Shown here piece after piece: positions 23,143 through 34,334 of a DNA stretch of 64,000 nucleotides. Positions within the stretch are counted from its first letter, which is position 1, and each line of letters starts with the position of its first letter. The position numbers and the translations under genes were made by a program. The DNA is from Carcharhinus longimanus (taxonomy: Eukaryota). The DNA lies in NCBI GenBank assembly GCA_030264375.1, contig JASCQW010000043.1, positions 82,939,093 through 83,003,092 on the forward strand, in the 5' to 3' direction. The notes beneath the pieces are model-generated. The model was not told where the DNA came from, did no database searches, and saw only the letters and a program-made list of their open reading frames with translations.

Positions 23143-24069
23143 AGGCGAAAAACTAGTTACTGTGTTGGTGTCTGTTTTCTACCACTAGAGGAATGCTTGT
23201 TTACTTAAGATGTGCAGGAAGAAATGAGATTGGCCACTAATGTATGTAGAGTGAGAACAAATTAGTTTACTGAGTGAGAGAGATGCTGTAAGGAAACTCA
23301 GAGAGAAAGCCATGAGTCCTTTACCCTTTTTTCTTCAGTGGCAGTGTTTAAAGATAAGTTCTTCATCACAGCAGGACAGATTCTAAAGCATGGGATTGCA
23401 TGATCTGTGGATGCCCGTACAGTCTCTCTGAGCAGTTGTCAGTTGAACAAAATTATGGCAAAATGTTGGGCTTGAGACTGCCAAAAGCTTGTTAGAATAT
23501 TTATAGCTAGCAGAGAGAGAGAGCTTCCATTCCACCTTGCAAAAGACTAATTGTCCACAATTTTTGTAGACCTCCCAGTCCAATGATGTTTTTTTCTGCA
23601 AACACATTGCAACTATTTTGCTACCTATCAATATAGTGCAGTATGTATCTGTTCAGAGATTTAATGGAATAATACCCTTGAGAATATGTTCATCATTCCA
23701 GTGCATTTTAGAGTAGTCCTGCCAGAAATCCGAAAGGAATGGGAATTCTTGCTGAGCGCAAACAATCCAACAAACAGAAACCTCAACCCAATTTAGTTCC
23801 AACCGTTGGACAATTCTCCAGAACTTGCCAAGGCTTGTTACGTTTTCCAAATTAGATTTTAAAATGTGCATACAGCTTTACCTGCATCTCAGTTGCTGCT
23901 GAACTGTGTGCTCGTCAAGTGTAGAATTTATTTTCCGCTGTGTGTTATATATGTAACCTGCAGGTGGTATGTTCTACACTGTAGAGGAATAAACACTGTA
24001 TAACTTAAAGGTGTAATTTAGACTCCTTCCAAATGATGAGAGGATAAAGACCAAGTGTAGCACTAACTT

Positions 24070-24400
24070 TTACAGAACAGAAGTTCACGTCTTAGTCCTC
24101 CATCTGTTCTGTTTGCTGATCTCAGCTGCAGTAATGCTTAGGTGCAACAATTTTTGCTTAGCTGACTTAGAGTCCTTGAACCAGTGGCAGAGAATTGTAG
24201 CCTATGTTCTGCTTCTCATTACTATCCAGTCGCTTCTGCTGGTGGTGCACATATATTTGCATATGTACGTGAAGATTGCATTGGATTAACGACGCTACTC
24301 ATGGATAAATAGTTTAATGGCACTCATTGTCTCAACACATATATTAGACTATTGAGAAAGTTACCAGAGAGATATCAGTGTCTCTTGAACTATCTTCAAC
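24070..24400 (+). mobile_element. Old degenerate SINE-like repeat
   Basis: GCTGATCTCAGC..CTATCCAGT..CTGCTGG..CACTCATTGTCT pattern recalled from an old chondrichthyan interspersed repeat; not verified. Confidence 0.35.
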
Positions 24401-25144
24401 AAGAGACAGAATTTTCAGGAAGGAAACAATATAAATGGTACTTCCATTTACATGTAAATAAATTTTTCCAGTTTTGAAACCAAAGTGCCATTACTGTCAC
24501 AAATGCCCACAAGTACTATTTTTCCCATTCGCCTATCATTGGAAACTGCACAGTCACTGCTAACGCTCTGGTGTGTCCCTGGCATCCAAGATTGCTAAGT
24601 GCCTGGGGAGGGGATATAAATTTTAAATATTTTTGGCAATGCCTTTGTGGAGTGATTGACTGTATGAGCAGGACTGCCATTCAACATTGAGGCATTTCAA
24701 AAAAAATGTCATGGCTCAGCCTCCATTTGTCTCCCAACTTAGCCAGGGTAGTTGTCCCAGCTGTGTTGGCAACTTCCCAAGATATTTAATTGCACTTTAT
24801 TCCCAAGAAAGATAGGGAATAGACAAAGGGCAGGTAGGATGTTCAGTCCCCAGGATGGTTCCTGCTGAATTTAGGCTCTGCACATGTTACATCAGTTACA
24901 ATATTGCACACTAATTGTTAATGGGAGGAAGAAAGTCAAGGACTTGATCAGCAGACATCTGGTACTGATCACAGAGGATTGCAAAACTGTCAAATATCAG
25001 TCACAAAAACTAACTGCAGAAGAGATGATTTGTGTGACAGGACAACATTAAGTTGTTTAGATTCCCTTTAATCGTGTTTCTAGTTTGATTTCATTCATTT
25101 ATTTGAGGATGCATGCCTGTAAAAAAAAGCTTTACTGTTAGCAC

Positions 25145-25618
25145 TGAGAGTCTCCTGTCTCATGTAATGCACTGGAAGGTATTTTAGCACACTATTGTTT
25201 CACTTCTGGTATCTGGCTTTAAGTCAGCCCAGGCTGATGGGATGAAGGTCTCCTCTCTCTGTTGGCTGTAAGGATCCCATGTGAAATTAATTTAGGCAGT
25301 CTCAATTTAGTCCCTAGTGGGTATGGACCGACAACACAAAACTGCTCTTAATTTGATACTAATTGGCAATCTTACTCAGAGAGACTGGTGTATGGGAAAT
25401 GGAAATATTGCACTGGTGCAGTAGGGAGTGCTCTCCTGAGGTTAGGATTAAGGCGCTTTGTTGGAGCAAAGTAAAGGGAGCTTTACTGTGCAGCTGCTGT
25501 TGCTGTGCCTGACCTGGGAATTCTTTACACTAATACTGGGTAACTGAACAGGGAAAGTTTTCCATTACCCCAACACTACCATTTCTCGATGAGGATTAAA
25601 ATTCATCGAAAAAAAAAA
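25145..25618 (+). mobile_element. LF-SINE-like element, near full length
   Basis: Ordered LF-SINE-like blocks TTTCACTTCTGG, CAGCCCAGG, ATGTGAAAT, GTCTCAATTTAGTCCCTAGTGG, CACAAAAC, ACTAATTGGCA, TGCTGTGCCTG, ending AAATTCA plus poly(A). Confidence 0.65.
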
Positions 25619-27371
25619 TCTGCAGCGATTAGAACAGTTGTTGGCATCAATACACCAAGCTCAGAATCCTCTCTGATGACACTATTGACAACATCCAGAA
25701 GCCCTGACTACCCTTCAGGAATGCCACTCAATGCAAGCTGCTGAGTGTCTCTGGAGACAGGAACCTCTGAGTCCCTGAAGGTAAAGCTTCTTGATAATGA
25801 TCTTGTCACATTTTCTCTACTGAAAGTGCTCAGTTATCACTCTGAATAGCAATATAATGTTCCAGTAAAGGAATGGCAACATTATGTTGGCAGTACTATA
25901 TGAGCCGTACAAACACTGTTTAGTTTGCTTACCAGATTCGCCAAAGGAATACGAGTGTGAGGACTTCTCAGCCTGAAACTGTTCCATCACCAGAGGTAAT
26001 GTCAGGGAATACATTACAAATAAAAGATTCTTCTATCCGTTTTTTGTAGTCAAGCTTTTTGTTCATCATTTTATTTGTTACTGTTTTTTAATGGAGAAAA
26101 CCTATAGATTCTATCTAAAACATGTTCAAAATACTAGATTAATTTCTCAAGAAGGTAATTGTGCACAATTTCTGCATATGGTTTAAAATGGTGGAAAAAT
26201 CAGACTAATGAACACTGTTGCGTAGATTCATCTGGAACTTTCAACACCTTCCAGGTCTAGTGGAGGAGAGGTTTAGGTCACCTAGCTCCAAACTGAGACA
26301 GTAGCAACATACTTAGAAGAACTACAGTGAAAGCGCATGTCACTTGCAGCTCACCCTTTCCTTCTCATTCAGTCAAGCAGTGAGGTGAATACTAACCGGT
26401 AACTAATCTATAACATCTGGGCATCAGTCAAATTCTTAACTCTGTTTATTACAATGGAGCCTAGCTGTAAGAAAATGTGATAGAACTATAGTAGATGGAT
26501 TAGATCCAAATTGGTTGAATTAATTTACTCATCATTATAACATGATTAGCAATTATTTTTACAGTTCAGTTAAGTGTGTGTGAGAGAAACTGTTGCTTCA
26601 TATAGCAAAAATTTGAAGATTGAACAGCTGGAAGCTAAGACCTACTCCCTAATATAGTGGTTAATGTTACAGCTCAGTATCTTTATAACTGAGATTAAGA
26701 CCTCAGTTCTTTACTGAGATACAGTTTACTGACCTGCTGGATTCTGGCTTTGAGTTTGTTTACTAAGTACAGCTTTTCTGAATTCTGATATTTGTACAAT
26801 CAGCTAATACTAAGTGTTATAAGTGTAAATATGTGAATGAAGAGTTGAGTGCACGAATATCAGTGTACACTAGAGTGATACTGCAATGTATTCTGTCAAA
26901 TTACCAAAAATATAATTGGTACAATATCTGCAGAGTTTTTGCAGGTAAGTAGGACAATTGTTTTGGGTTGGTATTTCAGGAAATTATGTGCAGGAACTGC
27001 TTCTGCAGTTGTACTTACTTTGAAGCATAGCCATCGTGTTATTCATTTCAGTTGTCCTTTGTATCTGACCATAGTGAAGAAGGCACTGCCTGCAGATTTC
27101 CAGCTTCCCCTCTCTTTCAACCAGTGCAAGTAAATTTAAAGAAGGGCTAACAGATGCTAGAACCAAAGAATCTCTACAGTGCATAAAGAGGCCATTTGGC
27201 CCATCAAGTCTACACAAACTCACAGAAAGAGCATTCCACCCATTAAAAAAACTCCTAGGTTAAAATAAAACAACCTTTTAGTTTAGTTGCCGACTTAAAG
27301 ATCTTATCCTGTGAACTATATATTTTGGTTAGTAATAGTTAAGAATGTTGGACTGAGCATATACATAATCT

Positions 27372-27990
27372 GGGCAGAATTCTCCTAGGCCCCAGCCGGC
27401 GGGTTTGATGGTGGGCATGAAGGGAGAATATGGTGGGAGGTCCAGAAATCGGTTTCATAGCGGCATAAATTTACCGTGAGATCTTCTGCTGGTGTCCGCC
27501 ATGATGGTTGTTAAATCTGCCAGGGGCCGGCTTGACCCTCACTTGCTTCCCAATAATTGGACGTGCTCAAAGGCCAGAACCCCATGCCAGATTCTCTGCG
27601 CTACCAGCAGCAAAACATGTCGATATGAAACACATTCGGGACAAAGTGATGTGCAGATGTTGGACTCACCTGAACAACCTCTGGGATTGCCTCAGGAGTT
27701 CAGGATGGAGGCCACCCCACAATCCTGGATCTTGAAACACCACACAGTGGATCAATGGTGCACCTGCAGATGAACCTTCCAGATTAGCTACCCTGAAGGG
27801 GATCCATCTTCCAGCCTCAGAATGTTCCTGACGATCCATCTTCAGTCTCAGGAGATCCATCTTCCAGTCTCAGAGTGCCCCTCTAGATTTATCTTCATTT
27901 TCAAGAGCGGGTCAGTGATGTTGACTGCCTTTTCAATATGGCACCCAGCACAATTGGCGGACTTCACACCATCCAGGCCTGCCCACCACT
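27372..27990. mobile_element. Non-autonomous Harbinger-like element with internal short repeats
   Basis: Starts GGGCAGAATTCTCC (the MITE terminus); three copies of GATCCATCTT(C)CAG(C/T)CTCAG at 27801-27873. Confidence 0.55.
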
Positions 27991-27991
27991 A

Positions 27992-28510
27992 AATATTAGA
28001 GGAGCACATAGATCTCGATGGGTTGCAGAGCTGGAAGAGGTTTCAAACAGGGAGGGCGGGATGAGGTTGTGAAGGAATTTAAAGATGAGTGAGAAGAATT
28101 TTAAAATTGAGGTGTTAGCACATTGAAAACAAATGTGGGTCAGCAACCATTGGAGATTGGTGAATAGAACTTTGTGCGAGTTAGATTATGGCGGCATTGT
28201 TTCGGATGAATTCACGGCTGGCCTTGAAAACATTGAAATGGTCAAGTTTAGATATACTAAGCATGGGTGAGGGTTTCATGAGCGAATGGGTTGAGTCAGG
28301 AGTGGAGTCAGGCAGTGTTACAGGGAAGTAAGTAGGTCGTCTTGGTGAAGGTACAGATAGGGGTTTGCAATTTCATCTCGGGGTCAAATATGAGACCAAG
28401 GCTTTGGTTTGCCTGTTTCAGGCTCAGACAGTGGCTAGGGAGAGAGGTTGAGCTGCTGACTGGGGAATGGCGTTTGTGACAAGGTGCAAAGATAGGGTTT
28501 CACTCTTTAA
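27992..28510 (-). mobile_element. L2-type LINE fragment
   Basis: Purine-rich reverse complement of L2 ORF2 3' region (GAATTTTAAAATTGAGG, GTCATCTT-like and GGGTCAAATA motifs). Confidence 0.6.
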
Positions 28511-28554
28511 TATTTTATTTCCTCTGTGGGGACAGCCTGCAACAAGGAGGCTTG

Positions 28555-28815
28555 GGCTTAAAATTGGAGCTAGACATTCTGCAACGAAATCAAATAACAT
28601 TTTTCACACACAGGCCAATGGAAATTAGGAACACTTTCAAAAGGATGGCTTAAGGGATGGGTGAGGAGTGTGATTTCAAGACTGAAATTGTTAGGTTTTG
28701 TTAGGTAAGGGTATCAAAGACTATGGATCAAAAACAGGTAGTGGAATTAGATATAGATCAACCATAATCTAATTCAATTGGTAAAGGAGGTTTGGGGGGT
28801 GCTGTTTCTATGTTC
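28555..28815 (+). mobile_element. CR1 3' fragment
   Basis: TTTTTCACACACAGG..TTTCAAGACTGAAATTGTTAG..AAGGGTATCAAAG..GATCAACCATAATCTAATT. Confidence 0.6.
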
Positions 28816-30545
28816 TTCCTGTCGAATGCCAAAATAATTGTACAGTGATCCTGGTTGACGGGCTAAATGGGAAATAAAAAAGCAAAGGACCAGAAAAGAT
28901 CATTGTACTCCATCTGATTGGTTCCAGTGAATCCCATTTTGCATCCTTTATTTTCTGCAGGGACAAGGCAGAGCCCAACTACCTTCGGCATATTGTCCAA
29001 TCCATATTAAAATCCAGTTTAAATAAATCGTAAAACTTGTGTTGTTTTTGCATTTGGGTTGTGTCTCTGTGAAACACTGTGACATTTTCCTGTATTACAG
29101 GCACTGAATAACTGCAGTTATTTTTGTTTGATGTAGAAGGATATACAGGGTAACTGCACAGCAGGCTATATGTAGCTCAGTGATAGACTTACAAAAGAGG
29201 CTCTACATGTTTACCACTATGCTGTAGAAAGCAGTGAAGTCTTCATTTATCAATGTTGTGGGGGTTGAAGTGAAAACATCAATATATTTAATCTGTCAAG
29301 TATCAGACACCTTGATGTATTGAACGATCTAAATATCAGAGCTTTGATAGGATGAATTGTGGTATACTATTGAATTCACATTACTGAAAAATAACCAGAG
29401 GGTATACATTTTGTAAGAAAAACTCATTATGCTAAGATTAACTATGTAGACTGTTGTAACATGTTTAAAATGTGTATGCAACACTGTGTAGTAACAGCAT
29501 ATTTGGGGTTTATTGGAGCTGAGGTAAATAGCATGCATTTACACCATAAAACAATTGGGGGAAATATATCAATATCAGTGAAGACTGCCATGCTAGGTTC
29601 ATAGTTAGGCCCTGACGGCACTGTCTGCATGCATGGAAATCAACGTAGACCTGCAGAGCATTGCTGGAATGGACGCTGTATGAACGGGTTTTTCTCCTGT
29701 GTTTACATCACAGGAACAGACTATTTGGCTGACAGGTCCATGGCAGTGTTTATACTCCTCATAAGCCTCCTCCCACTCTACTGCATTTCATTTCATGTGT
29801 ATATCTGGCTTTCTCCTAAATGTATCTTTGCTCATCACTAGAACTACCCCTTCTGGTAATAAACTCCAATTTTAGTCATCCCCCATCCCCCCTCAGGCTG
29901 CCGACTGTGACTGCCCCGGAGCCCAGTGAGTATTGATTGACTGCATGCAGGACTTCCGTCTCTTGCTTGGCAGAAATTCCTGCTCCAAGAGCTGCTGGTC
30001 AATCTGATTGGCTGCCAGCACTCTGATCCCTGCAGCGACAGTGCTGCAGTGGACAGAAGAGGAAGTTCAAGAAGATGTTGGAGACTAAATGTGGAGGCTG
30101 GGTGGGAAATGACAGGGCCACCACCTCTGCACAACATTCAACTAATGGGCTAAATGTAGTTGGATCGAGGTGTTCTGCAGATTCCACCAGTGAGATTTTT
30201 ACCTGTATCCGTTAGCTCAAATTTAATTTCTATTACAATGTGCTGGAAATATGAGCTTGTATCAACACACTGAGGGCAACAGGGCATCTAGGAGCTTTGT
30301 GAATGGCAGAACTAACTGATCATCTTCACCAATGGGATTTAAGAATTGAGAAAGAAAACAGACCAGTGGAGCAGGCAGGCAATCTAGAGACAAATCAAAC
30401 CCAGAAAGAAAAATGGAATAAAAGCAAACAGCTGAGAAGTGTGATTCAACTAACAAGTCCTGGCGTTTTGGAGCTTCATGGTTTTACATGGCTTATGAAG
30501 ATGGTCAACGCCAGTGCCAAAGTCATCCTCAGCAACCCCAAGCTA

Positions 30546-30790
30546 GAACAAAGAACAAAGAACAACACAGCACGGGAAACAGGCCCTTCAGCCCAACGAG
30601 CCCGCGCCGCCACTTTAAGATTGTGAGTGCCCTCTTCTACCAGTGGCCTTTGTCTATGCCTGTTGGGGAAGATTGAGGGAAGACTAATTTAGGGACAACT
30701 TGTTAACACCAGTCAGCCTAAGAGCACGTTTTTGGGGTGTGGGAGGAAACCGGAGCACCCGGAGAAAACCCACTCAAGCACGGGAAGAAA
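30546..30790 (-). mobile_element. V-SINE, 5'-truncated
   Basis: (AGAACAA)n tail and V-domain GTGGGAGGAAACCGGAGCACCCGGAGAAAACCCAC. Confidence 0.75.
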
Positions 30791-30852
30791 GCTATTGGAC
30801 AAAGGAGAAGGAAACTCCAAGAAGACTATTGCTTAGGTAAATGACTTCATCA

Positions 30853-31380
30853 TTTTTGTTTATTCGTTCATAGGACATAGGCGCCGCTGGCTGGTCACCA
30901 TTTATTGCTCAACCCTAGTTGCCCTTGAGAAAGTGGTGACGAGCTGTCTTCTTGAATTGCTGCAGTTCACATGTTGTGAGTTGATCCACAATGTCGTTAG
31001 GGAGGGAATTCCAGGATTTTGACCCAGTGACTGCAAAGGAACGGCGATCTCTTTCCAAGTCAGGATGGTGAGTGGCTTGGAGGGGAACTTGCAGGTGATG
31101 CTGTTCCCATGTATCTACTGTTCTTGTCCTTCTAGTTGGAAGTGGTCGTGGGTTTGGAAGATGCTGTCTAAAAAGGATCTTTGGTGAATTGTTGCAGTGC
31201 ATCTTGTAGTGCACACTGCTGCTACTGAGTGTCAGTGGTGGAAGGAATGGGTGTTTGTGAATGTGGCGACAATCTAGTGGACTGCTTAGACCTGCATGGT
31301 GTTCAACTTCTTGAGTGTTATTGGCACTGCACCCAGCCAGGCAAGTAGGGAGTATTCCATCACATTCCTGACTTGTGTAC
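30853..31380 (-). mobile_element. CR1-group/L2-like LINE 3' portion
   Basis: Minus ORF with YKMHC..LPNPRPL..SFAVTGSKSWNSLP..LQQFKKTARHHFLKGN; same family as 62640-64000. Confidence 0.8.
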
Positions 31381-34208
31381 TTCTGGGTGCCAAATTTGAC
31401 TGTTATCGTTTACCTTTCATTTTTGCATCCTTCTAGTTTTGCCGATTCAGCTGCCACATTATCAGACTACTTCCCACACACCACCTTCCCAAGCAACTTG
31501 GGTTTTTAGCTGTTTGCCACTGCAGACTTCACCAATGGCAGCTGAAATTTTCATGTTTCTTTTGCTTCCCTTTCTCTCTCTTATTTCTTGGGGCTGGTTG
31601 CATGTACTGCAGCAATGCCTCATGTCCATGCTGCATCCCCATTGTTGCAGTTGGTGAGGATTGTCGTAGTATACAGATTAAAATAAATACAGCTCAGAAT
31701 GCTACAGATTTGTTCTTTTGACCCTTAGCTTGGCTTTGCTTTTGCATTAAGCTATGTAACCAGAAAACAAGTGCTTTGATACATTAAGATTTTTCATTCA
31801 TATTTTAAAGTTAAATCCAATACAATTAGAATTTCAGGTCCAAAAGGAAACTAAGACATAAATGCATTGAGATTTTCGATACTATAAAGTATATAGTTAA
31901 AGAGGATGGGGTGTGAAGGATGAACACTATTGCATATAATTTGTGTAGTAAGTGTGACCATTGCCCCATTTACTAAGCTTACTGTTAAGTTGAATAACCT
32001 TCAGAGCTGAAGCTCTGTCCTTCTGTTGGTTGTTGTCTTTGAAAATTGCATCCAGAATTAGTGAGCAGGAACAGTTAAGATTTACAAACAATGATGGAGC
32101 TTGTCATGCTTCTTTCACAATTCATCATCTGGGCACAGTGGCAGGGCGGTGAAGTGTTCTTCATAAAACCAGCCCAGTGTGAAATACGCCTCACTGGAGT
32201 CTATACTGCTCTAAAACTCCTTGGCAGTCTTCACTGTAAATTCGCATTGCCACCTGACATTACAGTATATCATTAAGGAATGCAGGACTTGAATCTGTGC
32301 ATGAGTGCAGTTGACATAACGCTGAACTGCTCAAAGCTGCGTTAGGGTGAAGTCGTTACCACCATCTCGATGTTACATAGGGCACTTCTGAACCGTAGAA
32401 ATCTCAGAATTAACACAAAACTTTTTCAAATTTTTGAAATGAATTACATGGTCAGATGTTGCTTATGTATTTATGTATTCATCTTTGGATGTTGTGTTCT
32501 TTTGTTTGAATATGTTGGTTCTGTATTGTGACAGAGTTGCGTACATGTTATATTCAAGTCTACGTTCAGTTACAAAATACCAGCAGATTATTACAAAAAA
32601 GAGAGGCAAAATACTATGATTGCTGGAGATCTGAAATAAGAGCAGNNNNNNNNNNNNNNNNNNNNNNNNNNNNNNNNNNNNNNNNNNNNNNNNNNNNNNN
32701 NNNNNNNNNNNNNNNNNNNNNNNNNNNNNNNNNNNNNNNNNNNNNGCTGGAGATCTGAAATAAGAGCAGAAAGTGTTTCTAGTACTTTCTGTGGTACATT
32801 ATTCTGTACGACTCTGACTTTCTGACCCCCAAATCTCTCTATCACTAAGACCACTTACTTCCACCTATCCTAACATCACCTGTTTCTGCTCCTGCTCATA
32901 TTATCTGCTGCTGAAATCCTCATCTATTCCTCTGTTAACAGTCCAATTGCTCTGCTGGCTGGCCTCACACCCTATACCTTCAGGACACCTGTTCTCATCC
33001 AAGACTCTGCTGTTTATATCCCAACTCGCACAAATTCCCTTTTATTCATCATTCCTGTCCTTGCTGGCTTATGTTGGTTCCCGATGCAGATTGTTTAAGG
33101 AACTTGAGACCAACAAATTGGTGTGTGCTGCACTTGCCAGCCTAAATTTGGATCTCATTTAAATTGCATGAGGCCAACAAACTGGATGCTGTGAAAATAA
33201 TTTAAATTCTGACTCACTTTGATGCTGGCCTTTGGGAGAAAAGGAAACTTTTGGATGGAAGGAAGGTGAGGGTCAGCAGCCAGATTTGATGCTGCAATGG
33301 AGCTGATTGGGGGGGTGTGATTTGTAGAAGCACTTTGCACTGCTCCACATTCAGAAAAACATTTTTCAAATATATGATCAGCAGCAAACACTTTAACATC
33401 ATGTGTAGACCAACAGCAGCCGTGTTCCACTCCACCCAGTTTAACATTGTAAACCTCAAATGGGTATCAGTGCTGTAAAGGGTCTAATACCTGCATTGGG
33501 TACTGACTTTCCTTCAATCGTCCAAGCATTTTGTCATGCAAAGTTCACACTTAACGATGCTTAAGCATTGAAAAGGTAGTAGAGCTCCCAGGGTGGGGAA
33601 AAGTCTGAAACTGGTCTACATCTGGAACAGGAAGCAATCTCACAGTAATTTAGCAGACAGTTTTCCTCCGTGTCTGATTTTGTTTCCTATTTGTACATAA
33701 AATTAACATCTGCCTTTTTGCCATATGGAAGAAAATATCTTCCAATTAAGAGAACTGGACAGTGGAAAAATTACTCTGCTCTTTGATATAATTTTGGCCA
33801 TGGAGCAGCAAAAACCTCACGTTTGGGCAGTTTTATCTGAGGTTTTTGGCAATGAAGTTATAGCAGACAAGCAGGAAAGTCTCTGTGAGTATTCATGATG
33901 GTTAGCAGGCTGCTTGATTGTGATGGGGGCTGGTGGGTGTTGGGGGTCACCGTGATGTAACCTGATGCTGTTCCAATCTGAAAACCACATACAAGCTCAG
34001 AGGAACAGAGGGATCTTAAGAGTAATTATTCACAGATCCTTGAAGTCAAAAGTACAAGAAGAGGATAGTTAAGAAGGCACGTGGGACACTTGCTTTGGGA
34101 TTCGTGTGTCTTTAGTGGTAATTATTGTCAGTGCAGACTTGATGGGCTGAAGGGCCCTTCACTTTGTGACTCTAAGCTCAGATCATGTAGCAAGCTTTGA
34201 GAAACTGT

Positions 34209-34334
34209 GGTGGGATTTTACGGCCTTGCTCGTCCCGAAATCGTGAAATCCCAACCAAGGTCAACGGACCTACCTATGCTCCACCCCTTAACGGTTCCAA
34301 TTCTTATGACAGGCAGGGCAGTCAAATTCTAGCC
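34209..34334. mobile_element. Harbinger-type MITE (family of 9901/18044)
   Basis: Ends GGTGGGATTTT and AAATTCTAGCC; internal AAATCCC..GTCAACGGACCT. Confidence 0.6.

Noticed and set aside
26934-26950. Perfect CAG|GTAAGT donor at 26945
   Set aside because: No convincing acceptor upstream; the nearest gives an 11-nt exon with no pyrimidine tract.
32621-32770. Direct repeat GCTGGAGATCTGAAATAAGAGCAG on both sides of an N gap (similar short overlaps at the gaps near 10600 and 38680)
   Set aside because: Most likely unmerged contig overlap or scaffolding artefact rather than a biological repeat.
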